Positions 13,253 to 24,783 of a stretch of DNA of 64,000 nt are shown piece after piece. The stretch's first letter is position 1. Every line of letters starts with the position of its first letter. A model generated the notes under the pieces. The model was not told the DNA's origin. It saw nothing but the letters and a program-made list of their open reading frames with translations, and ran no database searches. A program made the translations under genes and the position numbers. This stretch comes from Kondoa subrosea (Eukaryota). The DNA lies in contig BCIN01000004.1 in the NCBI GenBank assembly GCA_039545335.1, positions 1,168,925 through 1,232,924 on the forward strand. The letters are read 5' to 3'.

Positions 13253-14217
13253 ATGCTCCACTCGTTGCAGAGGCTTGCAATCATCTTCACTTTCTTTTAC
13301 ACCGTCTATGCATCAGTAGTAAAGGATGTAATTGGAACACGACAAGTGCAAGCACGCGATCTGCGCAACGGAGGACGTTTTTCTTCTACACGACGTTTGC
13401 ATGCTAGACAAGGACAAGCTTCTGTGCAGCCTTCGCCTGAAGTTCTCTTCGTGGATCCGGGAAAATACTCGGTTAGCTTGTCTTCTCTATGTTTCTGCGC
13501 TAGCGGTTCTGATACAATGTCGGACAGGATTGCCCTGTGCTTGAGAACTACGAAAGTATGCATCTCTTGCAGCAACTGATGGAAATTGCAGGCTAATACG
13601 TACTCTAGACTCTGCCGTTCTGCAAACGAGATCCCTTAGTCAAGGCTTCATTGAATGTCGGTTCAGTCGCAATTCCAGCCCTATTGGCAGATGTCAATAC
13701 AATGTTGAGCTCATTTTCTAGGCTCCCTAAACTCGCTGAAATTTGCTTCGAGACTTTCACTGGACAACTCAGTCCTGGTCCTTATGCTTCTACAGGTCGA
13801 CCGTACGAAGAAGGTGCATGTCCACAGCAAATTCAAGAAGCACCTACGGACGGCACATACTGCGCACTAAGCTGTCCACTTGGTGCTAAGAACGGGGATT
13901 CATGGGATTATCAATATGCGGATTTATGGACAAAGTCGTCCCAGTCAGTGTCAGAATCTACCTCATCGCTCAGCGCTCTGACGAATATTTCCTTTCAAGA
14001 CAACTGTCCACAACAGTCTGTGAATACTATGCTGACGATTCATATTACGAATGTGAGATCAATAAGCTCGTGTTTTGAAAGACCTGTTGACTGACTACGC
14101 GAGCTTGCAGGTCAATACGACCCTACCTCAGGTCTTGCTCAGCCAGCGACACTCGACAATGTCAGATGCCATACTTCGATTCCGAAGACCAGCCCTTGCG
14201 TCAACAGTGTGTCATGA
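13253..14217 (+). CDS. Small secreted cysteine-rich protein with two CP...C...C-x-Y/F...G...C modules
   Basis: Signal-like MLHSLQRLAIIFTFFYTVYA; five GT-AG introns give DCPVLEN...IEC...EICFETFTG...GACP...CALSCPLG...VCEYYADDSYYECQYDPTSG...RCH...PC. Confidence 0.7.
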
Positions 14218-14679
14218 AGGTGTCTCATCTCCCAGCGAATAATTCGTGGTCCGGAAGGGCCTGTATAGCTTTGTCTGGGTGTCTGCAACTACTGTACGCG
14301 TTTCAAGTTTTTCCTGCTGTCTAAAATTTCTCGGCTGCCTGCCATGGCTATCGGTATACTCGATGGCACCGAGGTCAAAGGCGTTCGGTTACGCGACCGG
14401 TCACGTCTGCTTTGCAATCTCTTCAATTTCTTTTGTTGCATTCATCAGAGACATTTTTCACCGTGATCTGCAAGTCGAGGCTTTCAGCTTCCTTTTGACG
14501 ATGAGGATTGTCCCTTTGTCACTACTTACCGGGCTTCGCGCGGCGCGTAATATAAGTCGGAGACAGTCTCTGACGTCGCGTTAAAGTGCTCCAATTGAAT
14601 TCCCTCCCTTCTTCTTCTTCTCTCATCCAGCTCAGCTTTCCCACTCGTCAATCCTTTCCACCTACCCACTCGCTTCACA

Positions 14680-16540
14680 ATGAAAACTTCCTTCCTTCTC
14701 GCAGCTGTTTTAGCTAGCTTCTCCTCGGTCCATGCTAGCGATCTGGCTGAACGCGCCGTCGTCTGTTCCGATATCCAGGCCAGAATCAATGCTGTCTCCG
14801 GCGGTGCAACAACTGCAGCCGTATGCTTTGCATAAAAGTCTCCTCACTTGTAGCTGATTCATCCCTGAGCAGAACTTCTGCAGAACTTACCTTGGATTGG
14901 CACCTAGAACAGTCGTTTCGGTAAGGAATTAGACTTACAGTGCCGGTACTTCATACTCATTTTGATTGGTCGTAGACTTCTACCACAGTCAGAGGAACGT
15001 AAGTCGAACCTGTCCTGTAGGAAGAAGTACATTTCTGATCACTTGTTTCTAGTCGCACTGTCACTCAAGGAGCCTTCACTACAACTATTCTCACCCTCAC
15101 TCCAGCAACCAAAATCTCAACCGTCACTAAACGATCAACTGTGTGTTCTGCTTACTTTCCGTATCGAGCTTCTCTGATCTGCAGTACAGGTTCTTTCGAC
15201 TACTGTTCCAGCTTCCCGAACTGTAACTCAAACGATCACCAGCACTGCATATCTCGACAATGATGGTCAGACTATCGGTATCGAACGTCGCTCTACTCCT
15301 ACCCTTCTCGCTCGTGCCCAAGCAACTCCTTCTTTCTTCAAAGGTCTCTCGAGAGCTGATCTGAAGGCTGCTTGCCAATGTCTTTCGCTGTCTCGTCAGA
15401 CTAGTAAGCTCTGCATTGCTTTCATGCGGCTCTAGGCTGACAGCTTCTACAGTTACTCGGGTTACCAATACTGGAATTTATGCTACCGCAACCAAAGTTC
15501 TGTATGTTCTTCCTCCTTTTTACTTTTGTCGCTTATTCCTCTTTCTAGTAACCGCAAGATCATTAAGACTACTACTCTTCCTGCTCCTCAAGCAATTACA
15601 ACCCAAATCAATGTTCTCACCAAAATCGTGAGTTTAGTTTTCTTTCGGGATCACCTTCTGACTCGGTTTGTCTACCCTACAGATCACCAAGGCTGCTCCT
15701 GCTCTTTCCACCTCAGTCGTGGAATTTGAATATGCCAAGGGTTGCCCGCCCAGCAAATCTACTAAATTCGCATGCCCTCAAGGAACTGCAGATGACGACT
15801 TCAGGTAAGTTTAAGCTGCTTTCGACATCCATTGGCTTGTTTCTTAGTCTTTCGATTGCTCTAGCGATCCTAATTTCGGTTAGTCCAGCCCTCGCTTCAT
15901 TTTTTTGCGAGTCTTGACTTCTTTGCTTTAGAAAACTGCGAAGTCAATGGACTCGACGGCTTCACCGGCTACTGCAAGTACTATGCAGATGATGTGCGGA
16001 AATATTTGTGTCCTGCTCGATCCTTTCTTACCTCTTGCGTTTTCAGGGTTCTCCAGCTGGATCAACCCTGAGTTTGGGTTCAGGCTCTGGCGATCCCGAT
16101 GATGATCGTACGTACTCGCTACCTGCAATCTTAACTGGCTGATTGTCCATGCAGAAACTCGTGACGCCACATATGGTGAAGACAAGTAAGTAGAGCATTC
16201 GTCCTAGGATTCTTATGGCTTACAAAGGTATCGCAGCACTGACGACTGCCCCTCATGGGCCGATTGGATGGTGCGCTACTACCCGCATCGCGCAAAGTCT
16301 CGTCGCTGAAGTCTCTCCCTTTTATAGTGCTCTTCTGCCGCTGCCAAACGATCACTCTTCGACAACGAAGTCGAGAAGAGGGCAAGAAGGAAACCCAAGA
16401 AGGTCACTCTCAAGCACGGTAAGTGTAGTCCGAAGCTCTATTTCTTTATGCTCATTACAGCTCTCGTGACAGGTCCTCTCAAGAAGATCCCTTTCGGTCT
16501 CAGACGTGGTGGAAAGTTCAGACCAGAGCTCAGCTCATAA
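14680..16540 (+). CDS. Secreted Thr-rich/Cys-rich protein with basic C-terminal tail (many exons)
   Basis: Signal MKTSFLLAAVLASFSSVHA; FCRTYLG...AACQCL module; Thr-rich stalk; C-terminal Cys module; KR-flanked cationic tail. The frame is open across the GT-AG introns. Confidence 0.75.
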
Positions 16541-17042
16541 GCTCGTCCTCTTCTTCCCTTTGGCATACAATGGGTCTCACATTCGCCTCCGGTTCTTTTC
16601 TTTGGGTTTCAAGGGTTTCAATAATGGCTGTATATAGTATAGGACACTTCAAAGGAAGGAATCACAAGCATGTCGCTGCACAACTAAAGACTTTGTAAAT
16701 AGATTACATAATCATACACATTCGTTTTGCAATTCGCTCTTGATCCAATACGGCCAAGTTGACTATGCACTTTGCCTCCAATGCCTATTTGCGCAGTCTA
16801 TGAGTTTATCTGCTATTTATACTCCTTGGAGCTCTTTTGTCATCGGGAACCTTCTCGCCATGCGAGAAGGGGCATTCTGACTGTATCTGTACCGCCTAGT
16901 TTCTTCCTGGCAGCTTGTTGTCACTTCCCCTCTACAGTTCTGCATTCTGACTTCTCGCTTACCCCCGTCGTGTTGCTGGAGAAGTCTTGTTGCTATTGTC
17001 CTTTCATCCTTTCCCCAAGCTTCTCAACGGGCCAAAAGGATC

Positions 17043-18188
17043 ATGCTGCTGCTGCTGCAATTTTCAACTGCATGCGTAGCGCTGACGCTGACCTCTGCTG
17101 CTTATGCTGCTTCTCTGTCCACCCGTCAGGACAAGTATAGCTCATTCGTGGATGAGCTGAATCTTATGCCTTTCTAGTGAGCGAAAAAGTTCTCAAACGA
17201 GGCAATTGATGCTAACGAGAGATCTAGCCCTTATGTCGTGCATCAACCAGTCAACTATCCTACTGGTCAAATACCTCCAGCTATGATTTTCTTGGGAGGA
17301 ACAGGCAGCAGAGGGAATGATAGTTCCATGTTCAATGAGCTCAGTACATGGAACGGTCCAGGAAAAGGAATGGTCGAGTATTTGGAAGGAAACATTACTC
17401 CAGCTTCAACTCTGGTAGCAGAACAGTATGTTTACATTGCTTGCTGTTGGATTGCTCTGAGATTCATTTGACTTCATAGATTCCTTCTCATTACTCCTAT
17501 TGCGCCAGATGAAAACCTAAAAGAATGGCGTACTGAATTCATTCTGCCGCTTATTGAAGATGCCAAAACAAAGTTCGCCTTCGATCCAGATCGCATTTAC
17601 TTGACAGGCTTTTCAATGGGAGCTCGTGAATCCTGGCACCTATTGAAGAACAATTCAAGCTATTTCGCAGCTGCTGTCGTTGCTGCAGGAGAACCTGAAA
17701 CTCTGGATGGACTTGAAGCTGTTGTAGATATCCCTATTCGCCAGTGAGTGGAAGACTTCTGTTTCGCTCGGTATGGATTAGCTCAGATTTCCTGTAGCTT
17801 TCAAGGCGGATCAGACTATGTCAGTTTGGCAAAGAACTCTTATGCGACACAGCAAGCAGTTGAAGCACTTGGAGGCACGAAGATGAACTTGACTGTGCTG
17901 CCTGATGTCGATCACAATAGTATGGCGGACATTCGTGAGTTTATCTGTTGCCTGCTATCGAGATATCTGATGTAAAAGAACACAGCTTGGCAAGCGGACG
18001 TCTTCGAATGGCTCTTGCAGCAATCCAAGACTAATAGAAGCCTAAATACAGCCGGAACAAGCTCTTCTGCAGGATCGCTGTTACCGTCTACTGCACCTCC
18101 GCCTTCGAATGCAGTTCAGACATCTGGCGCAGCATCATTGGCAGACTCTAATCCTTTTCGACGCTTCAGCCCCTTTAATAATTCATGA
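17043..18188 (+). CDS. Secreted alpha/beta-hydrolase (esterase/'predicted peptidase'-like), tandem copy 1
   Basis: Signal peptide; DPDRIYLTGFSMGA nucleophile elbow, FQGGSD (Asp), PDVDH (His), WLLQQ. Confidence 0.82.
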
Positions 18189-18766
18189 TGAAGCATGCGC
18201 TTGTACAGGAATCAGCAGGCTAGCACAGATGACTTTGAGGCGAGACATTTTTGGGCTAATGGACCTTTTCATTCATTTCATTATCGTGGCATTGGCATTA
18301 ATATGGGGTTATCCACATCATAAGCATAATCAATGAGCAAAAGCTGATGCAAATTTAACTTCGGCACTTCCCATGAAAATGATTCTTCAAAAGCGCAGAT
18401 CGATATATTCCTCCAAAATTACTGTCTACTCCCAAACCAAGGAAGTGCTTCTACCTCTCCAGTCAATGGCACTCTACGCTGTGATGATGTCGGGCTCGCT
18501 GTAATGCCGATAACGCTGCCGTTTCCGAGTCTCTGCTTGCCTTTTGAGGCGAGATCACATGATTATGTGATCCAATTAAAGCAAGTCAATGCTGTGCTTT
18601 TCATTCTTCGCCTCTTACAGTGCCTTTTCCTCAAAAGTCTTTCGTTCCCTGCCTCCCTGCTCAATATACCACGACCGAGTGTTTCATCTGCGCATATCGC
18701 CTGCCTTTGGCTTTACACATATAGTGGCTTCTTCCGTCGTTTTGTCTGGCATCAAGATACAATACA

Positions 18767-19958
18767 ATGATATCTTCTCAGCTACTCGTCGTGCTTGCAA
18801 GTGTGGCCCTGACTTCTGCTGGTCCCATCAAGCGACAAGACAAATTTAGCTCATTCACAGATGAACTCAATCTCATGCCTTACTAGTAAGGGTGTCAATT
18901 GGTAGCCGTAGAGGCATACTGACAGAACTATTGCAGCCCTTATGTCGTGCATGAACCTGTCAACTATCCACTTCTCCAATTACCACCTTGCATGCTATTC
19001 TTGGGAGGGACTGGAAGCAGAGGAAACGATAGTTCTATGTTCAACGAACTTAGCACGTGGAATGGTCCAGGCAAGAGAATGGTAGAATATCTTGATGGAA
19101 ACAAAACAGCAGCTTCGACTCTGGTAGCAGAACAGTACATACAGCTTCGCCTTTTTGGTGAAAGCTTTTGATACTGATACTGCCTTCTCTTCAGATTTCT
19201 TCTCATTACGCCCATTGCACCAGATGAAGAGTTAGAAGAATGGCGAGAAGAGTACATTTGGCCCTTGTTAGAAGATGCAAAAACGAAGTTCGCTTTCGAT
19301 CCCAATCGCATCTACTTGACAGGCTACAGCATGGGTAAACTCAAAGACTCTTTCCCTGCATAGTCTTCGCTCATTCATTTATCTTCATAGGTGCACGCGA
19401 ATCGTGGCATCTCTTAAAGGACAATGCAACTTATTTCGCAGCAGCTATTATCGCAGCAGGAGAACCGGAAACTCTCGATGGCTTGGATGCGCTACTAGAT
19501 GTACCTATCATCCAGTAGGCCATATAGCAACAGGACTATTTGCTCATGCTAATAATTTCACAGCTTTCAAGGCGGAGCAGATTACGTGAGCTTAGCGAAG
19601 AACGCTTATGCAACGCAACAAACCGTCCAAGCACTTGGAGGAACTCACATGAACTTGACTGTATTGCCAAATGTAACTCATAACAACATGGCTGACACTC
19701 GTAAGCTTTTCTTTCTAATCCGGTAGCTGCATCACTCATGTCGATGCAGCTTGGCAAGCGGATGTCTTCGAATGGTTGCTTCAGCAGAACCTGGCGAATA
19801 GAACTGCTACCTCTGCTTCTGGTTCAGCGTCCGTCCTACCAGTTTTAGCTTCTGGTCTGCCAGCTTCAAGTACCATAGAAGCATTATCACCTCTCACAAC
19901 TCTCCAGCCTCTCGCCTCTGACGCAATGCAAACGGCGGCGCCCACTGTGAAAGTATAG
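18767..19958 (+). CDS. Secreted alpha/beta-hydrolase, tandem copy 2
   Basis: Signal MISSQLLVVLASVALTSA; FLGGTGSRGNDSSMFNELSTWNGPGK identical to copy 1; GYSMG, GGAD and NVTH. Confidence 0.82.
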
Positions 19959-20072
19959 ACTAGATGCTTGTATCACAATGGACATTCGGAAAGGACATTT
20001 GCATATGATTCAATGCATTGTAGATAGATAGAAGGTTTGAAGATCAGTTGAGGTCAACGTTGGGAACATGTG

Positions 20073-21733
20073 CTAAGCTCCAGCGCTAGCAATCTCTAAT
20101 TGAGCTAATTCATCACCGTACAAGCCCAAGAAGAACCGCGTTGTTTCCTTGAGCCCTTCTTTGATACTCCAGCGAGGATTCCACTGCAGTTCTTTCCTTG
20201 CTTTCTCGATTGCAGCTCTTCTTTTAGGTGGATCATCAACAATCGCTTCAACATGCTTGATTCCACTTCGTTTTCTTTTCTGGATATCTACACCAGCTTC
20301 AACAAGCACTTCGTCTACCGTATCGATGATGAATTTAGCCCATTCCAGTATCGTTGCTTCTTCTTCTGTCCCAAGATTGGTAGGTCTTTCAGCAGAACCA
20401 GGATCATCCGAGTTCATCTGGTACTTTCGATTAGTGAGATGCGTATGAACGAACACATGATGCGTACGAGCAGAATCATGCCATCTATCAGATCATGTAC
20501 GTATTGTAATGATCTGGAGAACGATCCATCACCGTAAATGACTAGATCTTCTCCTTTCAGAGCTTGATTGATGAAATTAGAGACCACTCTTCCACTAAAA
20601 AGAAATCATCTTAGCATGAAAACGAGAGGACACTTTGAGACGGTGGGTAAATTTACTCATCTGCTGCCATTCGAGGACCAAAAGTATTGAAAATCCGGGC
20701 TACTCTTACATCGACTCCATCTTGTCTTTGGTAACCGTACGTGAGCGCTTCAGCTACTCGTTTACCTTCATCGTAGCATGCTCGTGGACCTATAATCTAA
20801 CATTGGTTCACTTTCGACATGCTGGTTGAGAGACACAAACCTATTGGATTGACGTTCCCCCAATACGTTTCTTCCTGCGGATGTTCCTCAGGACTGCCAT
20901 AGACCTCTGACATAATTATTCGTCAATAAATCTCTTCGGTTAATGAAATGATAGGGCTGACCTGAAGTACTAGATAGTAGGAACCTCGCTTTCACTCTTT
21001 TAGCTAATCCAAGCATATTCATAGTCCCCATAAAATTAGTCTTCATCGTTTTGACTGCGTTGTATTGATAAGCTTTCGGACTTGCTGGACATGCCAAGTG
21101 ATATATTTGATCCACTTCAATTAAGAAAGAATCCACTACATCATGTCGAACTAGTTCAAAGTTTGGATGGCCACTGACAAAGGATTAATAAGTAAGATTG
21201 GTGTAAATGTGATGGAGAAAATCGGCGCACACCCAATGACTAACAGCCGTTTTCGAACCAGAGAAGAAGCTTGAAAAGAGGATTCCGTCAGCCTGATCGA
21301 TCTTTGAGAAACGAAATATATAGTGAAGAACTTACTTGTCGAGTACACTCACATCATGACCCATAAGCATCAATCTATCGACCAAATGTGATCCAACAAA
21401 TCCAGCTCCTCCAGTGACGAGAATCCTCTTCCTTTCATGCGGTTTCAGCAAAGCGACAGGAGGGTAAGAAGTAGTAGGCAGATAGAAAGCATAATTTGAT
21501 TTCGATGAAGGAGAACGAGGATTTGGACTACTACTATGGTGCCATGAACCAGAACGAGAATGAGAAGGATGTATAGAAAGAGTGGAAAGACCCAAATCAT
21601 CTTCTGGATCTAAGAACATGCGAGGTAGGTACAGCGATTGCAAGACTGAAAGTGGAACTCGATGATTTCCATGACCGACATTTTCTATAGGTTTACCAGT
21701 GTTGTCCAAGGGAGGAGAACGACGTCCAGACAT
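20073..21733 (-). CDS. UXS1: UDP-glucuronate decarboxylase (UDP-xylose synthase)
   Basis: [57 protein letters not shown]. Confidence 0.93.
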
Positions 21734-22015
21734 CGTCAAGGACCAACAGGATCCAGCGCAGGCCCAGATGAGAGCGTTGCGCAAGATCAACTTCCAATCC
21801 AAATCGGTTTTTATGCAACAGTGATCGCCCGCGTGCGCAGCGGCGTGCCGGCCTACAAATTCTGCACTGCTTCTTGAAGAAGAGCTGGTCGCTGCTATGG
21901 AGCTGGAATATTGGCTGACTGTGTGACTATCAACGGGCTGAAACGTGACCTTCTTTCTATTCTTGGGTTTCTTGCTTCTATTGTCTTCCTTTCAAACAGC
22001 GACACCTGATCTGCC

Positions 22016-24202
22016 ATGTCAAGCGAAGGCAGAGCGAAGCGCAAACAAAACATTTCTTGTGATGCTTGTAGGCTACGCAAGGTCAAATGCTTGAGGGCAT
22101 CGCTAGACGACTCCTGCTCTGGCTGCATCAACAAAGCGATTGTCTGCTCTTCAACTCACAGCAAAGCCTCCGCTCTCAGAGGAAAGCGTATTGATGAAGC
22201 GCGAGATCGCTTTGGCACTTCTCTTGTACCTCTCGGGAGCTCTTCTTCAGGCAGCGATCACTTCCTTCTTCAGCCTGCTTCAAGTCTGTCTATGTCCTCT
22301 ACTTCTGCTCAATTGGCCCAATCAGCCATATCTACGCAAATGACTTTGCAGCTCCTGCAAATCTTCAAAGGTATAGAAACGAGATCTCATCGGCAAACAG
22401 AACTGATATTGATCTGTCAGATCATCTGTCTCAGAGAATTACGGTCATCGATATTCCAAGACTGCTTCAAGAGTATACGGCTGCATCGTACCATTTCGAT
22501 TCTATGAGCCGTGAAGCACAGGTTCGTCTGCGTCTTTCTTAATAACTGTACAGCTTCATCAAGGGTCATCAGGTTATTCTTCTGGGTGTCTGCGCGTCTG
22601 CCAATCTCGTAGCACCTTGGAATGATGCAGAAACTACTGGTCCGTCGACCAATACAGAAAGACTTGTCTTGGCTAAACTCTCTATTTAGCCAAGCGTGCG
22701 AGACTGGAATCGATGAACCCTTTCATGGATGCTTATGTTGAAGAATGGTGGCAGCTTTCTCGCAGTCAGAGCTATTATCGCGATTGCCTGTGCAAACCCA
22801 TGTCGGACAGGATGTTGGAATTGTATGATCAATATGGTCAGTCTTACTTTCCTAGCTCTCAAAGATGCTCAGTCGCTGAAGTATTGCGTAGGACTTCATC
22901 GCAAACTTAATGTCAGATCTATGGAAGCTTTGCGACTAATTCTGGCTTTATCGATGGACGAGGTCGATATCAAGTTTACACGCTCGCACAGCTTCATTTC
23001 AACAGCAGCACAACTCGTCACCCACTTGCGAACATTATCAGAGGAAGGATTAAACCAGGCGCAAGCGTCCGACTGGTTTTGGTCTTACGTTCTGAGCGAT
23101 TCTCTTACGGCTGCACTGACTGGCAGGCAGCCAGACTTCTCAGATGAAGACTTTAAGAACTATGCGCCTTTCTTGTTCGCCTCGATCGATATTCATCAAG
23201 TCCTTACTTCGACCGACCCAGAAATGATGGTTTTGGCTTTTGGTTTACTGCTTGGCAATTTACTCCTTCTTGCTCGTCAAATTCAAGTCAAAATTACTTG
23301 TCGCCTAGCTCAATCCTCTCCTGCTAATTTAGCATTTATTCGTGAAGCACATAATACTCTTGATCGGTCTAGTCTTCTGTTTCCCAAGGTTGCTGCAATG
23401 CTATCAGATATATATAAAACCGAAATACCAACTTTGTATCGACTCTGGTGTACTTTTCTGCGAGCATTTTGTAAGCTCCATCGATCTCTTCTCTGCTGAA
23501 TTTGACTGATTGGGTAGTTTTCTTTTAGCTATACTACTAGAATGCATTCTTGTGGACGCCTTGGAGACTTTCCAGCTCAATCTTACGCAGCAATTGGATG
23601 ATTTGAACTATATGAGTCAATTAGGGGAGTTGACCTTGTTGAGCGAGCGACGGGCTTTCAAGGGCATCAGAGCCGCTATGCAACTCATCAAAGATGAACC
23701 TATGCTAGAAGGTGCTCTTGGACGCGCACGCTGGTATGGAGATAGTGTCTATTCATATAGTACGTCTCATCTACCGCTAAATTTTGCGCACTTTAGTTGA
23801 TGGGCATATATTCAGTATTTGTGAAATTCGCCAAACGTCTGCTCAGATGTTTGTCGCCTGATGAAGGAGGTACTTATCGTGAGCAAATGTCTCTCATATG
23901 CTTGCTTTCACTCATGCCGGTTCATTTCAAGCGTGTACGATACAAGAAAAGGCCGTCGAATGTACCGGTGAGTTTCTTATCTTGCTAATACCTCGGATAG
24001 GACTGACTGTTCACTTGGAGCAGATATTCTGATAATCCTGATAAGGGCATCGGCATTCTATCCTCACTTACTCAACATTGTCACTGCTTTGTCTGAAGAA
24101 ATACAAGCTTTACGGAAGAAAGCAGTCGAAAGCGCACTGGATAGTCTACCACCTACGGTTCCCCAACTCATACATCTAATTCATCACAATACCCTCCATT
24201 GA
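22016..24202 (+). CDS. Zn(II)2Cys6 fungal transcription factor
   Basis: SCDACRLRKVKCLRASLDDSCSGCINKAIVC followed by a helical fungal TF region (FWSYVLSDSLTAALTGR); divergent from UXS1. Confidence 0.85.
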
Positions 24203-24783
24203 TGGATTCTGCAAGCAAATAATGAGGATTTGGCCATCTGCAGCACTTATCTGAATGCACATAAACAGTATTCAGCGTGTTGTAACGCAAGCATACAAAT
24301 TACAACGTTTTCGCCCATTCTCTTTCTGCTTTTGGAAAAGCCTCTATCTTCAATGCTACGAAGTCTACATGCATTACGAAGGCATTTGTATCAGTGCTTG
24401 ACTGTTTACTGCTATTCATCATTCGTCTCTGATCTCGTTTGCTTGTTCTTACGTCAAAAATGCCAAATCCGATCGCTGTTATGTCGGTCAAGATCAGCGT
24501 GGGTCGTGCCACTTCTCGGTATCATGAGCGAGGACTTGCAGACAATAGAAAACGCGGGCCGGAGGCGGCAACGGGATTTTGTTTATCGACGAAATCCCCC
24601 TTTTCAAAAACCGCAAATGGCTGAAGTGCTCATCACAAAAGAAAAGTTTTCAATGCATGCTCCTAAAGCAGTTCAAGCTCCTCGCCAGCCTGGCGGGTCA
24701 CACATAGCATATATTCTTCAAGATTCTTCGCTCTTTTTCTTCTTTCCCATCCGATTGACTAACAACAACAAACCGCATTTGAT

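Noticed and set aside
24020..24202. Possible frameshift in the last exon of the Zn2Cys6 gene
   Set aside because: Re-reading gives an open frame DILIILIRASAFYPHLLNIVTALSEE to the TGA at 24200-24202.
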